Shown: positions 50,672 to 59,759 of the stretch, piece by piece
Layout of the letters: each line of letters starts with the position of its first letter
How positions within the stretch are numbered: position 1 is the stretch's first letter
Translations under genes and position numbers: made by a program
Notes under the pieces: generated by a model
Databases searched by the model: none
What the model saw: the letters and a program-made list of their open reading frames with translations, nothing else
Told to the model about the DNA's origin: nothing
Assembly (NCBI GenBank): GCA_963783575.1
Contig: CAWAOD010000018.1
Location: 96,001-160,000, forward strand
Reading direction: 5' to 3'
From: an uncultured Spirochaetota bacterium
GTDB taxonomy: Bacteria; Spirochaetota; Brevinematia; Brevinematales; JAOACQ01
DNA length: 64,000 nt

Positions 50672-52660
50672 ATGGAAGCAATTTTTGCAGGACTTGGATT
50701 AATTCTTATTGGAGGGATATCACAATTAATTTTTCCGGAAAAATATAAAGGCTGGATTTTTTTAATATTTTTAGGCATAGGAATCTGCTTTGTACTGCCT
50801 GGATCGGTATCGATTTTATTTTCAGGTACGGCCATATCATCCCAGATTAGCCTGTTATACCCCGTCGGTGATGTAAAATTAGTAATAGATTCATTATCGG
50901 CTTTCTTCATACTTTTTATTTCTATAATGAGTTTTTTTACCGTTTTATATTCAATCGGTTATACAAAATACTATATAAATCATAAAAAATCTCTTTCCTC
51001 ATTTTTCTTTTTTACATGTGTCCTGCTTCTATCAATGTTGATGGTTGTTATAGTACAGAATGCGCTAGCATTTTTGATGTGCTGGGAAATTATGTCTCTA
51101 TCCTCATTTTTTTTGGTTACTTTTGAAAACGAGAAAGAAGAAACATTTAAGGCCGGAATGAATTATCTAGTAGCTATGCATATCGGGTTTATTTTTCTTG
51201 TATGCGGTTTTATTCTTCTTTCAATTAAATCAGGAGAATACAGCTTCGATTCCTTTAAAAAAATATTAATATTTAATAAAGAAATTATTAATCTTGTTTT
51301 TATTTTATTTTTTATAGGTTTTGGAACAAAAGCTGGTTTTATCCCTCTTCATACTTGGTTACCGAGAGCCCATCCGGCTGCACCCAGCCCTATTTCAGGC
51401 ATGATGTCAGGTATAATGATAAAAACGGGCATTTATGGAATATTGAGACTCATTTTGATGATTGGAACACCGCCGGTTGAGCTGTCATATTTCATTCTGA
51501 TTATATCAACCATTTCGGCATTATTGGGTGTAATTTATGCTATTGCGCAACATGATCTCAAGAAACTTCTGGCATTTCACAGTGTTGAAAACATTGGAAT
51601 TATAGGCATGGGGATTGGAGTTGGGATGCTCGGACTTTCATATAACAATCAGCTTATGGCGGCAATGGGATTCGGCGGTGGACTTTTACATATCATCAAT
51701 CATTCTATATTTAAGGAGCTTCTTTTTTTCGGCGCCGGATCGGTATATTTAAAAACTCACACTAGAAATATTGAGGATATGGGTGGATTGATCAAGAAAA
51801 TGCCTTATACGGGAATTTTTTTCTTGATAGGCTCAACTGCGATAAGCGGCCTGCCTCCATTAAACGGATTTATCAGTGAATTTATGATATATCTTGGAAT
51901 GTTTTACGGATTAAAGAACAGCAATTCCCTACTATTTACTACTCTGGTGTTATCAATAGCTTCATTGGCCTTTGTCGGAGCAATGGCGTTATTATGCTTT
52001 ACAAAGGTTTTTTCGACTGTCTTTCTTGGTTTATCAAGGATTGAAACTGTTGAAAAACCGGTTGAGTCATCTTTATCAATGTTAATCCCAATGTTCTGTT
52101 TATCACTTCTTTGTTTCATTATTGGAATACTTCCTCAATTTATAATTAATCTAGCCGGAAAAAACATTCAGAATTTTACTGGTATTAATGACACCTTTCT
52201 TTTTGATAAAGGCATTTTTCAACTATTAACAACGATTTCAATTTTCAGCTTGATTTTCATTGTTATGATCAATCTTATTTTAATTATCAGATATAATCTT
52301 CTAATGAATTCAACAGTACATGAAGATAAAACATGGGCTTGTGGATATCAGGCAGGAAATGCCAGGATGCAATATACAGCCTCTTCTTTTGCACAGCCTT
52401 TTCTCGAGATGGTGAAACCTGTGGCAAATATACATATGGAAATAAAAAAACCGGAGGGAATATTTCCTGGAGATTCATCTTTTGAGTCAAAAAGTTTTGA
52501 CTGGTTCAATCATTATATTTTTAAGCCTATAATACTATGGATAACAAAAATTTTGGATTTATTTTCATGGATTCAGAAAGGCAATACTCAACAGTATATT
52601 CTTTATGGATTAATCTTCCTTTTATTGGCAATAGCCTGGACTATGGGTATCAGCAAATGA
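50672..52660 (+). CDS. hyfB: Ehr/hydrogenase-4 antiporter-like membrane subunit (HyfB-like)
   Basis: WEIMSLSSF, KAGFIPLHTWLPRAHPAAPS, KKLLAFHSVENIG, GLPPLNGFISE, TWACGY..RMQYT. Confidence 0.82.
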   Translation: MEAIFAGLGLILIGGISQLIFPEKYKGWIFLIFLGIGICFVLPGSVSILFSGTAISSQISLLYPVGDVKLVIDSLSAFFILFISIMSFFTVLYSIGYTKYYINHKKSLSSFFFFTCVLLLSMLMVVIVQNALAFLMCWEIMSLSSFFLVTFENEKEETFKAGMNYLVAMHIGFIFLVCGFILLSIKSGEYSFDSFKKILIFNKEIINLVFILFFIGFGTKAGFIPLHTWLPRAHPAAPSPISGMMSGIMIKTGIYGILRLILMIGTPPVELSYFILIISTISALLGVIYAIAQHDLKKLLAFHSVENIGIIGMGIGVGMLGLSYNNQLMAAMGFGGGLLHIINHSIFKELLFFGAGSVYLKTHTRNIEDMGGLIKKMPYTGIFFLIGSTAISGLPPLNGFISEFMIYLGMFYGLKNSNSLLFTTLVLSIASLAFVGAMALLCFTKVFSTVFLGLSRIETVEKPVESSLSMLIPMFCLSLLCFIIGILPQFIINLAGKNIQNFTGINDTFLFDKGIFQLLTTISIFSLIFIVMINLILIIRYNLLMNSTVHEDKTWACGYQAGNARMQYTASSFAQPFLEMVKPVANIHMEIKKPEGIFPGDSSFESKSFDWFNHYIFKPIILWITKILDLFSWIQKGNTQQYILYGLIFLLLAIAWTMGISK

Positions 52661-53580
52661 TATTAAGGATATTGAATATACTTTTTCTTTTAATTTTACC
52701 TTTTTTCTTTCTTGGAACAATTAATAAAGTAAAAGCTTTCTGGGCTGGAAGAAAAGGTCCCTCAATTTTACAGCCGTTTCATGATTTTATCAGGTTGTTA
52801 AAAAAAGGTGCTGTTATTAGCAGTACAACAACTTTAATCTTTCAAATAAGTCCATCTGTAAATTTTGCAGCAATTTTTATGTCAGGAATAATTGTACCAA
52901 TGACCGGGCACACATCAATATATCCATTTAGCGGTGATTTCATCCTTTTTGCCTATATTCTCGGTTTAGGTAAATTCTTCAGTATTCTCGGAGCCATGGA
53001 TACGGGATCAAGTTTTGAGGGTATGGGTGCAAGCCGGGAAGCAGCTTTTTCAAGTCTTGTAGAACCTGCTTTCTTTATCATAATGGCAATATTTGCATCA
53101 ATTACAGGGAATTATTCATTCGAAGGAATATTATCACTGCCGTACTGGAATAACGGATTGATGACGTTGATCCTTATAATTACATTTTCATCGTTGTTTA
53201 TTATGATTTTGACTGAAAGCTGCCGAATTCCTGTTGACGACCCGAATACCCACCTTGAATTGACGATGATACATGAAGTTATGGTTCTCGACAATTCAGG
53301 CCCGGATCTGGCACTAATCAATTATGGAGCAGGAATTAAAATGGTAGTGCTTACATCAATCATTACTAATTTAATCATACCAAAAGAACTCGCCTTAAAT
53401 ATTTCAATCCCGGCTTTTTTAGGTTTACAATTAATTACAGCATCGCTCATCGGATGTGTTGAATCATTGATAGCAAGATTAAGAATGACGCATGTCCCGC
53501 AGTTTGTCCTTTTGATGACTTCACTCGCATTGATAGCATTGTCTTTAACTGCCTATTATATTTACGGGGGAAAGATATGA
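52657..53580 (+). CDS. hyfC: Ehr/hydrogenase-4 NuoH-like membrane subunit (HyfC/HycD-like)
   Basis: GRKGPSILQPF, MDTGSSFEGMGASRE, ESCRIPVDDPNTHLELTMIHEVM; ATGA overlap with the hyfB stop. Confidence 0.82.
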   Translation: MILRILNILFLLILPFFFLGTINKVKAFWAGRKGPSILQPFHDFIRLLKKGAVISSTTTLIFQISPSVNFAAIFMSGIIVPMTGHTSIYPFSGDFILFAYILGLGKFFSILGAMDTGSSFEGMGASREAAFSSLVEPAFFIIMAIFASITGNYSFEGILSLPYWNNGLMTLILIITFSSLFIMILTESCRIPVDDPNTHLELTMIHEVMVLDNSGPDLALINYGAGIKMVVLTSIITNLIIPKELALNISIPAFLGLQLITASLIGCVESLIARLRMTHVPQFVLLMTSLALIALSLTAYYIYGGKI

Positions 53581-54212
53581 TCAATTTTATATTGATAATT
53601 TTCGGAATCACAATGCTTTTTGTGTCTGCAACTAGCCGGATTGAAGGTTATATTAAATCGCTTGCAGTCCAAGGTTTTTTACTTTTCTTAATGGTTATTT
53701 CCGATCTGGGTAAAATGAATCTTCCTACACTTGTTTTTCTTTCTGTAGAAACAATTGTATTTAAGACTATAATAATCCCTGTTTTCCTGATTCGCACAGT
53801 ACGGAAAAGCGGATTCCTACGTGAAATTGAGCCGTATATCTCTAGCTTTTATTCCCTGCTGATTATAAGTCTGATTTTTGCTTCCGGAATATTTTTATCA
53901 TTCTGGGCAATAAAATTCGAAAATAAACTCCATACTCTTTATTTCGGAATTTCTATATCTACGATAATTTCTAGTTTATTCATAATTCTCACCAGAAAAA
54001 AAATCATTACTCATGTTATGGGATATATGATGCTTGAAAATGGAATTTTTCTTCTTTCACTGTCAATTGCCAAGGAAATGCCGGTAATTGTCAACCTTGG
54101 GGTTCTGCTTGATATTTTTGCAGGAATTTATCTTTTGGGTTTGTTTGTTAATAAAATTCAAACTGCTTTTGACGAGGATCATATCGATACATTAACACAA
54201 TTGAAGGATTGA
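53577..54212 (+). CDS. hyfE: Ehr/hydrogenase-4 membrane subunit (HyfE-like)
   Basis: Multi-TM; GYMMLENGIFL, LGVLLDIF; C-terminal DTLTQLKD. Confidence 0.8.
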   Translation: MINFILIIFGITMLFVSATSRIEGYIKSLAVQGFLLFLMVISDLGKMNLPTLVFLSVETIVFKTIIIPVFLIRTVRKSGFLREIEPYISSFYSLLIISLIFASGIFLSFWAIKFENKLHTLYFGISISTIISSLFIILTRKKIITHVMGYMMLENGIFLLSLSIAKEMPVIVNLGVLLDIFAGIYLLGLFVNKIQTAFDEDHIDTLTQLKD

Positions 54213-54214
54213 AA

Positions 54215-55651
54215 ATGCTTTTAGCGCTATTTATAATACCAGTTATTTTAAGTCTTGTACTTTTTTTGATTAAGTCGAAATTTGCAAATACCTATGCTAA
54301 TTTTATAAATTCAACAGTCTACATTGTAATAACATTTTTATTAATTAACAGGCCGGCTTCATTCACACCCTATTTCAAGATTGATTCACTTAACATATTA
54401 TTTTTGCTTATTCTGGCCGTTTTATATTTTGGGATATCAATTTATAATATTGATTTTTTAAGACACAGTAACGCATCCAAACAGAGCCATACTTATTATA
54501 CAATTTTTTTCCTGCTTTTCGTATTATCGATGGCAGGTGTTCTTCTCAGTACTCATCTTGCTTTAATGTGGGTTTTTATTGAAGCGACAACACTAACAAG
54601 TTCATACTTGATTTATTTTAATAAAACAAATTCTTCGCTTGAAGCAGCCTGGAAATATATTTTTATCTGTTCCATTGGTATTTCACTGGCTTTTGTCGGA
54701 ATAATCCTGTTGTCATTAGGAATGGGAAGTATAAATTCACTATTTTTTGAAGATCTTTATAATAACGCAAAATCAATAAATCCTTTCTGGCTAAAACTGG
54801 CATTTATCTTTATTCTTGTTGGGCTTGGTACAAAAGCAGGATTAGCACCAGTTCATGCCTGGCTCCCCGACGCGCATTCCGAAGCTCCTTCACCTGTTTC
54901 AGCAATGCTTTCTGGGGCGTTATTAAATGCAGCCTTGATAGGCATCATCAGGATTTCAAAATTGATGAGTTTAGCATCTCTGGATTATTACTCAAGGAAC
55001 CTGCTTATCTGCATGGGATTTTTATCTCTTTTTATAAGTGCGGTATATATTGTTAAAATAAATAATTATAAAAGGATGCTGGCATATTCATCGATCGAAA
55101 ATATAGGAATCATTGCAATTGGAATCGGGATCGGCGGCGCTGCAATTTTTGCCGCTTTGCTTCACTTGATAGCACACTCGCTAATAAAAGCATCGCTTTT
55201 TCTCACATCTGGAAATATATTGCGAAGGTTCGGAACGAGAAAAGTAAATGAAGTTGGCGGATATTTAAATAAAGAACCGCTTTCGGCATGGATTTGGATA
55301 TTTTCTTTTACAGCGATCGCTGGAATTCCTCCATTTCCGATTTTCTTAAGTGAGTTTATTATAGTAAAAGAGACGCTGCGGAATGGACAAATTATTTTGT
55401 TAATTCCTTTTTTCCTCCTACTGACAATTATAATTGCCGGAATTGGAATTATTGTTTTCCGAATAAGCTGGCCCAGGGGAAATGGTGCTTTAAACTCTAA
55501 AATATCTGAAGAAATCATTCCTACAAAAACCACTGTTTTTTTAACTTCTCTACCGCAGATAATATTTCTTTTGATTCTATTAATAATGGGGGTCGGATTA
55601 CCTGATTTAATCAAAAATATTATTAGTAATGCGGTTACTGGAGTATTTTGA
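54215..55651 (+). CDS. hyfF: Ehr/hydrogenase-4 antiporter-like subunit (HyfF-like)
   Basis: WVFIEATTL, SLEAAWKY, GTKAGLAPVHAWLPDAHSEAPSP, KRMLAYSS. Confidence 0.85.
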   Translation: MLLALFIIPVILSLVLFLIKSKFANTYANFINSTVYIVITFLLINRPASFTPYFKIDSLNILFLLILAVLYFGISIYNIDFLRHSNASKQSHTYYTIFFLLFVLSMAGVLLSTHLALMWVFIEATTLTSSYLIYFNKTNSSLEAAWKYIFICSIGISLAFVGIILLSLGMGSINSLFFEDLYNNAKSINPFWLKLAFIFILVGLGTKAGLAPVHAWLPDAHSEAPSPVSAMLSGALLNAALIGIIRISKLMSLASLDYYSRNLLICMGFLSLFISAVYIVKINNYKRMLAYSSIENIGIIAIGIGIGGAAIFAALLHLIAHSLIKASLFLTSGNILRRFGTRKVNEVGGYLNKEPLSAWIWIFSFTAIAGIPPFPIFLSEFIIVKETLRNGQIILLIPFFLLLTIIIAGIGIIVFRISWPRGNGALNSKISEEIIPTKTTVFLTSLPQIIFLLILLIMGVGLPDLIKNIISNAVTGVF

Positions 55652-55675
55652 TTATTTTATATAAAATAGGAGTTT

Positions 55676-56119
55676 ATGATGGAATCAATAACAACCAAAC
55701 TGGATGTGCCAAGTATTCCGTTTAACCGATTTATAGGAATACACAGACCACCCGAAGACAGTGCACATATTCTGGAATTGAACGAATCCCATAATTATCT
55801 AAATCATCTTGATACAGTACATGCAAGTGCTCAATTTGCTTTAGCTGAAGCAACAAGCGGCGAATTTCTATTAAAAAAGTTTTCTGATTACAATGAAGTG
55901 ATACTCCCAGTTGTCCGCCGGGTAGAAATGAAATATAAAAAACCTGCCAGAGGCAAGTTATTTTCAAGGGCCGAATTTTCTGAAAAGAAAAAAGAGGATG
56001 TCATCATGGAACTAAATACAAAAAAAAGATCAATACTCACAGTAAATGTTGAAATTTATGACATCGAAAATTGTATAACTCTAAATTCATCTTTTGAATG
56101 GTTTATACAGCGAGTCTAA
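55676..56119 (+). CDS. Hotdog-fold thioesterase-like protein (PaaI/YiiD-C/DUF4442-like)
   Basis: IPFNRFIGI, NHLDTVHASAQFALAEATSG, PVVRRVEMKYKKPARG. Confidence 0.72.
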   Translation: MMESITTKLDVPSIPFNRFIGIHRPPEDSAHILELNESHNYLNHLDTVHASAQFALAEATSGEFLLKKFSDYNEVILPVVRRVEMKYKKPARGKLFSRAEFSEKKKEDVIMELNTKKRSILTVNVEIYDIENCITLNSSFEWFIQRV

Positions 56120-56141
56120 TAATTATTTATTAAGGAAATCT

Positions 56142-57632
56142 ATGAACTGGAAAACAATTAGAAATAACCAATCAATAAACATTAAAGATATTTCACTAAA
56201 TGAAATCTCTTCAATCCGTAAAGAAATTATCGAACAGGTCAATTCAGGTAAAAGGCTTATTTCTTTCTATGGGAATAAATCCGGTAATCAAATAATCTTA
56301 TACATTGTTCTCGCAGATGATGAAAATTCAAGGTTATTTGTCACTTCAGCAATATTTGATAAAGATGCTTCCTATCAATCATTTACTCAGGATTTACCGG
56401 CTTTTAATTTTTTTGAGAGAGAATTTTTTGAGGAATTTGGGATCAAGCCTATCGGACATCCTTGGCTGAAACCAGTCCGGTATAATCATGACAGATTTGA
56501 TCAAGGCCAAAAGATTGAGAACTATCCTTTTTATAAAATGATAGGGAAAGAAATTCATGAAGTTGCGGTTGGTCCGGTTCATGCCGGAATAATTGAACCA
56601 GGGCACTTCCGATTTATGTGTCATGGTGAAAATGTTTATCATCTTGAGATACAAATGGGATATCAACATAGGGGAATAGAAAAATTATTTTTAAATAAAG
56701 AAGTAAGATTTTTACCGTTAATCGCTGAATCAATTGCCGGAGATACTGTAATCGGACATTCGGCTTCCTGTTCACGTCTTCTTGAAGCACTGGGAAATTC
56801 TACGGTTTCAAATAAAGCCTTATCGATCCGGGCAATATCACTTGAACTAGAGAGAATTGCTGTGCATATCGGCGACCTCTGTGCAATTGCAGGTGATGTC
56901 GCTTATTTAATAGGAAATGCCGCATTCGGGACAACCCGGACACTGGCTATTAATTCCACTCTATCAATCTGCGGAAGCCGTTTCGGCAGGGGATTGATCC
57001 GTTGCGGAGGAGTTATGTTTGATATAGATAAAAATCAATCCCAAAATCTTATAAGTAATCTAGATAAAATTAATCATGATATGGAATTAATGGCAGAAAC
57101 TATGTTTTCTTCTTCAAGTGTTCTTTCCAGGCTTGATCAGACCGGTATCGTTGACACGGAAACAGCAAAAAAAATAGGTATGGTCGGCCCGGCAGCCAGA
57201 GCTTCCGGAGTCTCTGTTGATGTAAGGACAGATCATCCTTTCGGAATGTATAGGAATTACCCATATCACAAATTAACGCTGGATTCCGGGGATGTCTTTG
57301 CCAGGGTTTATATCAGATACATAGAAATAAAGCAATCAATAAAATTTATTCTAGAGCAGCTTGAGAATTTTCCTGTTGAAGGCAAATTACAAACCCCATT
57401 CGGAAATCTCGCCCCAGATAGTTTTGCAGTATCAATGACAGAGGGATGGAGAGGTGAGATTGTTCATTCCGCAATTACCGATCAAACCGGTGATATAATC
57501 CGCTACAAAATAAAGGATCCTTCCTTCAATAACTGGTATGGCCTCGCATTGGCGGTCAGAAACAACGGAATTTCAGACTTTCCTTTATGTAATAAAAGCT
57601 TCAATCTATCGTATTGCGGATTTGACCTCTAA
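56142..57632 (+). CDS. Ehr large subunit (NuoC/NuoD-, HyfG-like) lacking NiFe-binding CxxC motifs
   Basis: FERE..E.FGI, VGPVHAGIIEPGHFRF, YQHRGIEK, GPAARASG, EGWRGE, KDPSF. L1 region reads ESIAGDTVIGH and L2 reads NKSFNLSYCGFDL. Confidence 0.88.
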   Translation: MNWKTIRNNQSINIKDISLNEISSIRKEIIEQVNSGKRLISFYGNKSGNQIILYIVLADDENSRLFVTSAIFDKDASYQSFTQDLPAFNFFEREFFEEFGIKPIGHPWLKPVRYNHDRFDQGQKIENYPFYKMIGKEIHEVAVGPVHAGIIEPGHFRFMCHGENVYHLEIQMGYQHRGIEKLFLNKEVRFLPLIAESIAGDTVIGHSASCSRLLEALGNSTVSNKALSIRAISLELERIAVHIGDLCAIAGDVAYLIGNAAFGTTRTLAINSTLSICGSRFGRGLIRCGGVMFDIDKNQSQNLISNLDKINHDMELMAETMFSSSSVLSRLDQTGIVDTETAKKIGMVGPAARASGVSVDVRTDHPFGMYRNYPYHKLTLDSGDVFARVYIRYIEIKQSIKFILEQLENFPVEGKLQTPFGNLAPDSFAVSMTEGWRGEIVHSAITDQTGDIIRYKIKDPSFNNWYGLALAVRNNGISDFPLCNKSFNLSYCGFDL

Positions 57633-57635
57633 AAC

Positions 57636-57835
57636 ATCGTGTTTTTCGCCGAACAAAGTTCGGCGGCCTGTATGACTAAATAGGAACTCGTCATGGAACA
57701 TCCTGTTCCCTTTGTTACTTGAGTTTGCCTTTGAGATCGTGTTTTTCGCCAAACTAATGTTCGGGGGCCTTGTATATTTTTGAGTGGCTTTTACGGAACA
57801 TCCTGTTCCCTTGGTTGCTTGCGTGTTTGGCAGAG
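57636..57835. repeat. Two tandem imperfect copies of a 100-bp hairpin-containing unit (REP-like)
   Basis: ATCGTGTTTTTCGCC at 57636 and 57736; GGAACATCCTGTTCCCTT at 57695 and 57795. Confidence 0.85.
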
Positions 57836-57933
57836 CTGGCGTTTTGTGTGTGAATGCAACACAGCTGCTGCTTCCTGAAATTGCCCGCCCCTTTAGGAGT
57901 AACCTATTAATAAATTCTTCCGATAAATAATAT

Positions 57934-57963
57934 ATGTCGTTTTAAGGGATGTCGTTTTAAGGG
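57934..57963 (+). repeat. Perfect 15-bp tandem duplication overlapping the RBS of the OmpA gene
   Basis: ATGTCGTTTTAAGGG x2. Confidence 0.9.
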
Positions 57964-57971
57964 AGAAATCC

Positions 57972-59759
57972 ATGCACCGTTATATTTTGCTAATTTTTAT
58001 TGCACTTTTTTTAACCCATGTTTTATGCTTTTCAGAGAGCCTGCCGTTAAAAGTCGGATTGGAATTTCCGGATACAAATATTAATACAATATATTTTTCA
58101 CCAAATTTTGACGGTTCCCATGACACTGTTACAATGAATTTCTTGGTTCAAAGCAAGTATCCGGTTGAAAGCTGGGAACTATTGATTTATGACAAAAATT
58201 GGAGTTTAGTTAAGAGGTTTCCCGATATAAGTGAAAAAAAAGAGAATACTAATACTAAGGCATTAATTAATAAATTATTGGAAGGGAAAGAACCCCCTGT
58301 TATATCGGCAAGTATTGAATGGAATGGATTTTCACAGGATGGAAAAGTTCTTCAGGAAGGTTTATATTATTCATTATTGAATGTAATTGATATAAAAAAG
58401 AATAAATGTTCTTCAAAAACCAATATTATTATCCTCGATATCACACCCCCGGCCGCAAGTCTTTCGATTGATGACAGTATTTTCAATCCGAATGGAAACG
58501 GTAATAAAAATAAAGTTAGAATAGAACAAAATCTTTCACAGGATTTTTGGAAAGCTGAGATGAGAAATATTGATGGTGTAGTTGTTTACAGATGGGATTG
58601 GGGGACAAATGCGCCTAAATATGTCGAATGGGATGGGAAAGATCAAAGTGGGTCAGTTTCCCCGGAAGGAACATATGATTATCTGGTTTTTGGCGAAGAT
58701 TCAGCCGGAAATAAAACATTTATATCGATAAATGATATCAAGTTATCCTTGAAAAAATATTCGGTTTTTCTTTCATTATCCAAAGATGTATTGTCTCCTT
58801 TGGGTGATAAAAGTTATAACCATGTATTAATTAAGCCTTATATGACAGAAACCAATGACATTTATGAATGGACAGTGAAAATCCATAATGAAAGCAATAA
58901 TGAAGTTTTTAATATGATCGGGCATGGAGTTCCGCCGAACTTTCTCTGGAATGGGAGGGACAGTAATAATATAGTTGCAAGCAATGGAAAATATATTTGC
59001 TTATTAAGCATAGAATATACTAATGGTAATAGAGCCGAATCACAGAGCTACCCTGTCTGGATCAATTCTTCAGCTCCAAGATTATCGGCAGTTTATGAAC
59101 CATCACTATTTTCTCCCGATGGTGACGGTAGTAACGACACACTTTTCATACACTTAAAAGCTGAAGATGTTTCACCAATTTCAGATTGGAAATTATCAAT
59201 CTTTGACCCAGATGGAAAGCCCTTCAAAATATATGAAGGAAAAGGAAGACCTCCTGAAATAATAAAATGGAATGGACGATCAGACAACGGTGAACTTGTA
59301 GAAAGTGCAAGTGATTATGGTGTTAAAGCATCAGCCGAAGATATTCTAGGGAATAAAACTAATGATTATGATTTACCCCCGATAAAGATTGATGTACTTG
59401 TTGAAAGAACAGTGCGTGGACTTAAGATAAGAATTAATAATATTGAATTTGAAACCGGAAAATCCAATTTTGCTGAAAAAAAGACTGCAATTCTTGACAG
59501 GGTTGTCCAAATACTTAATAAATATAAGGAATATAAATTAGAGATTGAAGGTCATACTGATAACGTAGGTTCGGAAAAAAAGAATTTATCACTTTCAAAG
59601 TTAAGAGCAATTGCAGTTTATGATTATCTGGTTAAGAAAGGATTGTTAATGAACAGAATGACTACTGCAGGATATGGTTTTAAATACCCGATTTCCAATA
59701 ATGCAACTGAGGAAGGCCGAAGGAAAAACAGAAGGGTTGAATTTATTCTTGTTAAATGA
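57972..59759 (+). CDS. Exported protein with FlgD-Ig-like repeats and C-terminal OmpA (peptidoglycan-binding) domain
   Basis: Repeated FSPNFDG/FNPNGNG/FSPDGDG and WNG/WDG..G..EG.Y motifs; IEGHTDNVG, LSKLRAIAV, GRRKNRRVEF. Confidence 0.88.
   Translation: MHRYILLIFIALFLTHVLCFSESLPLKVGLEFPDTNINTIYFSPNFDGSHDTVTMNFLVQSKYPVESWELLIYDKNWSLVKRFPDISEKKENTNTKALINKLLEGKEPPVISASIEWNGFSQDGKVLQEGLYYSLLNVIDIKKNKCSSKTNIIILDITPPAASLSIDDSIFNPNGNGNKNKVRIEQNLSQDFWKAEMRNIDGVVVYRWDWGTNAPKYVEWDGKDQSGSVSPEGTYDYLVFGEDSAGNKTFISINDIKLSLKKYSVFLSLSKDVLSPLGDKSYNHVLIKPYMTETNDIYEWTVKIHNESNNEVFNMIGHGVPPNFLWNGRDSNNIVASNGKYICLLSIEYTNGNRAESQSYPVWINSSAPRLSAVYEPSLFSPDGDGSNDTLFIHLKAEDVSPISDWKLSIFDPDGKPFKIYEGKGRPPEIIKWNGRSDNGELVESASDYGVKASAEDILGNKTNDYDLPPIKIDVLVERTVRGLKIRINNIEFETGKSNFAEKKTAILDRVVQILNKYKEYKLEIEGHTDNVGSEKKNLSLSKLRAIAVYDYLVKKGLLMNRMTTAGYGFKYPISNNATEEGRRKNRRVEFILVK

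Noticed and set aside
57636..57835. CRISPR array or integron attC sites
   Set aside because: Only two ~100-bp units, no cas or integrase genes, no RYYYAAC/GTTRRRY ends.
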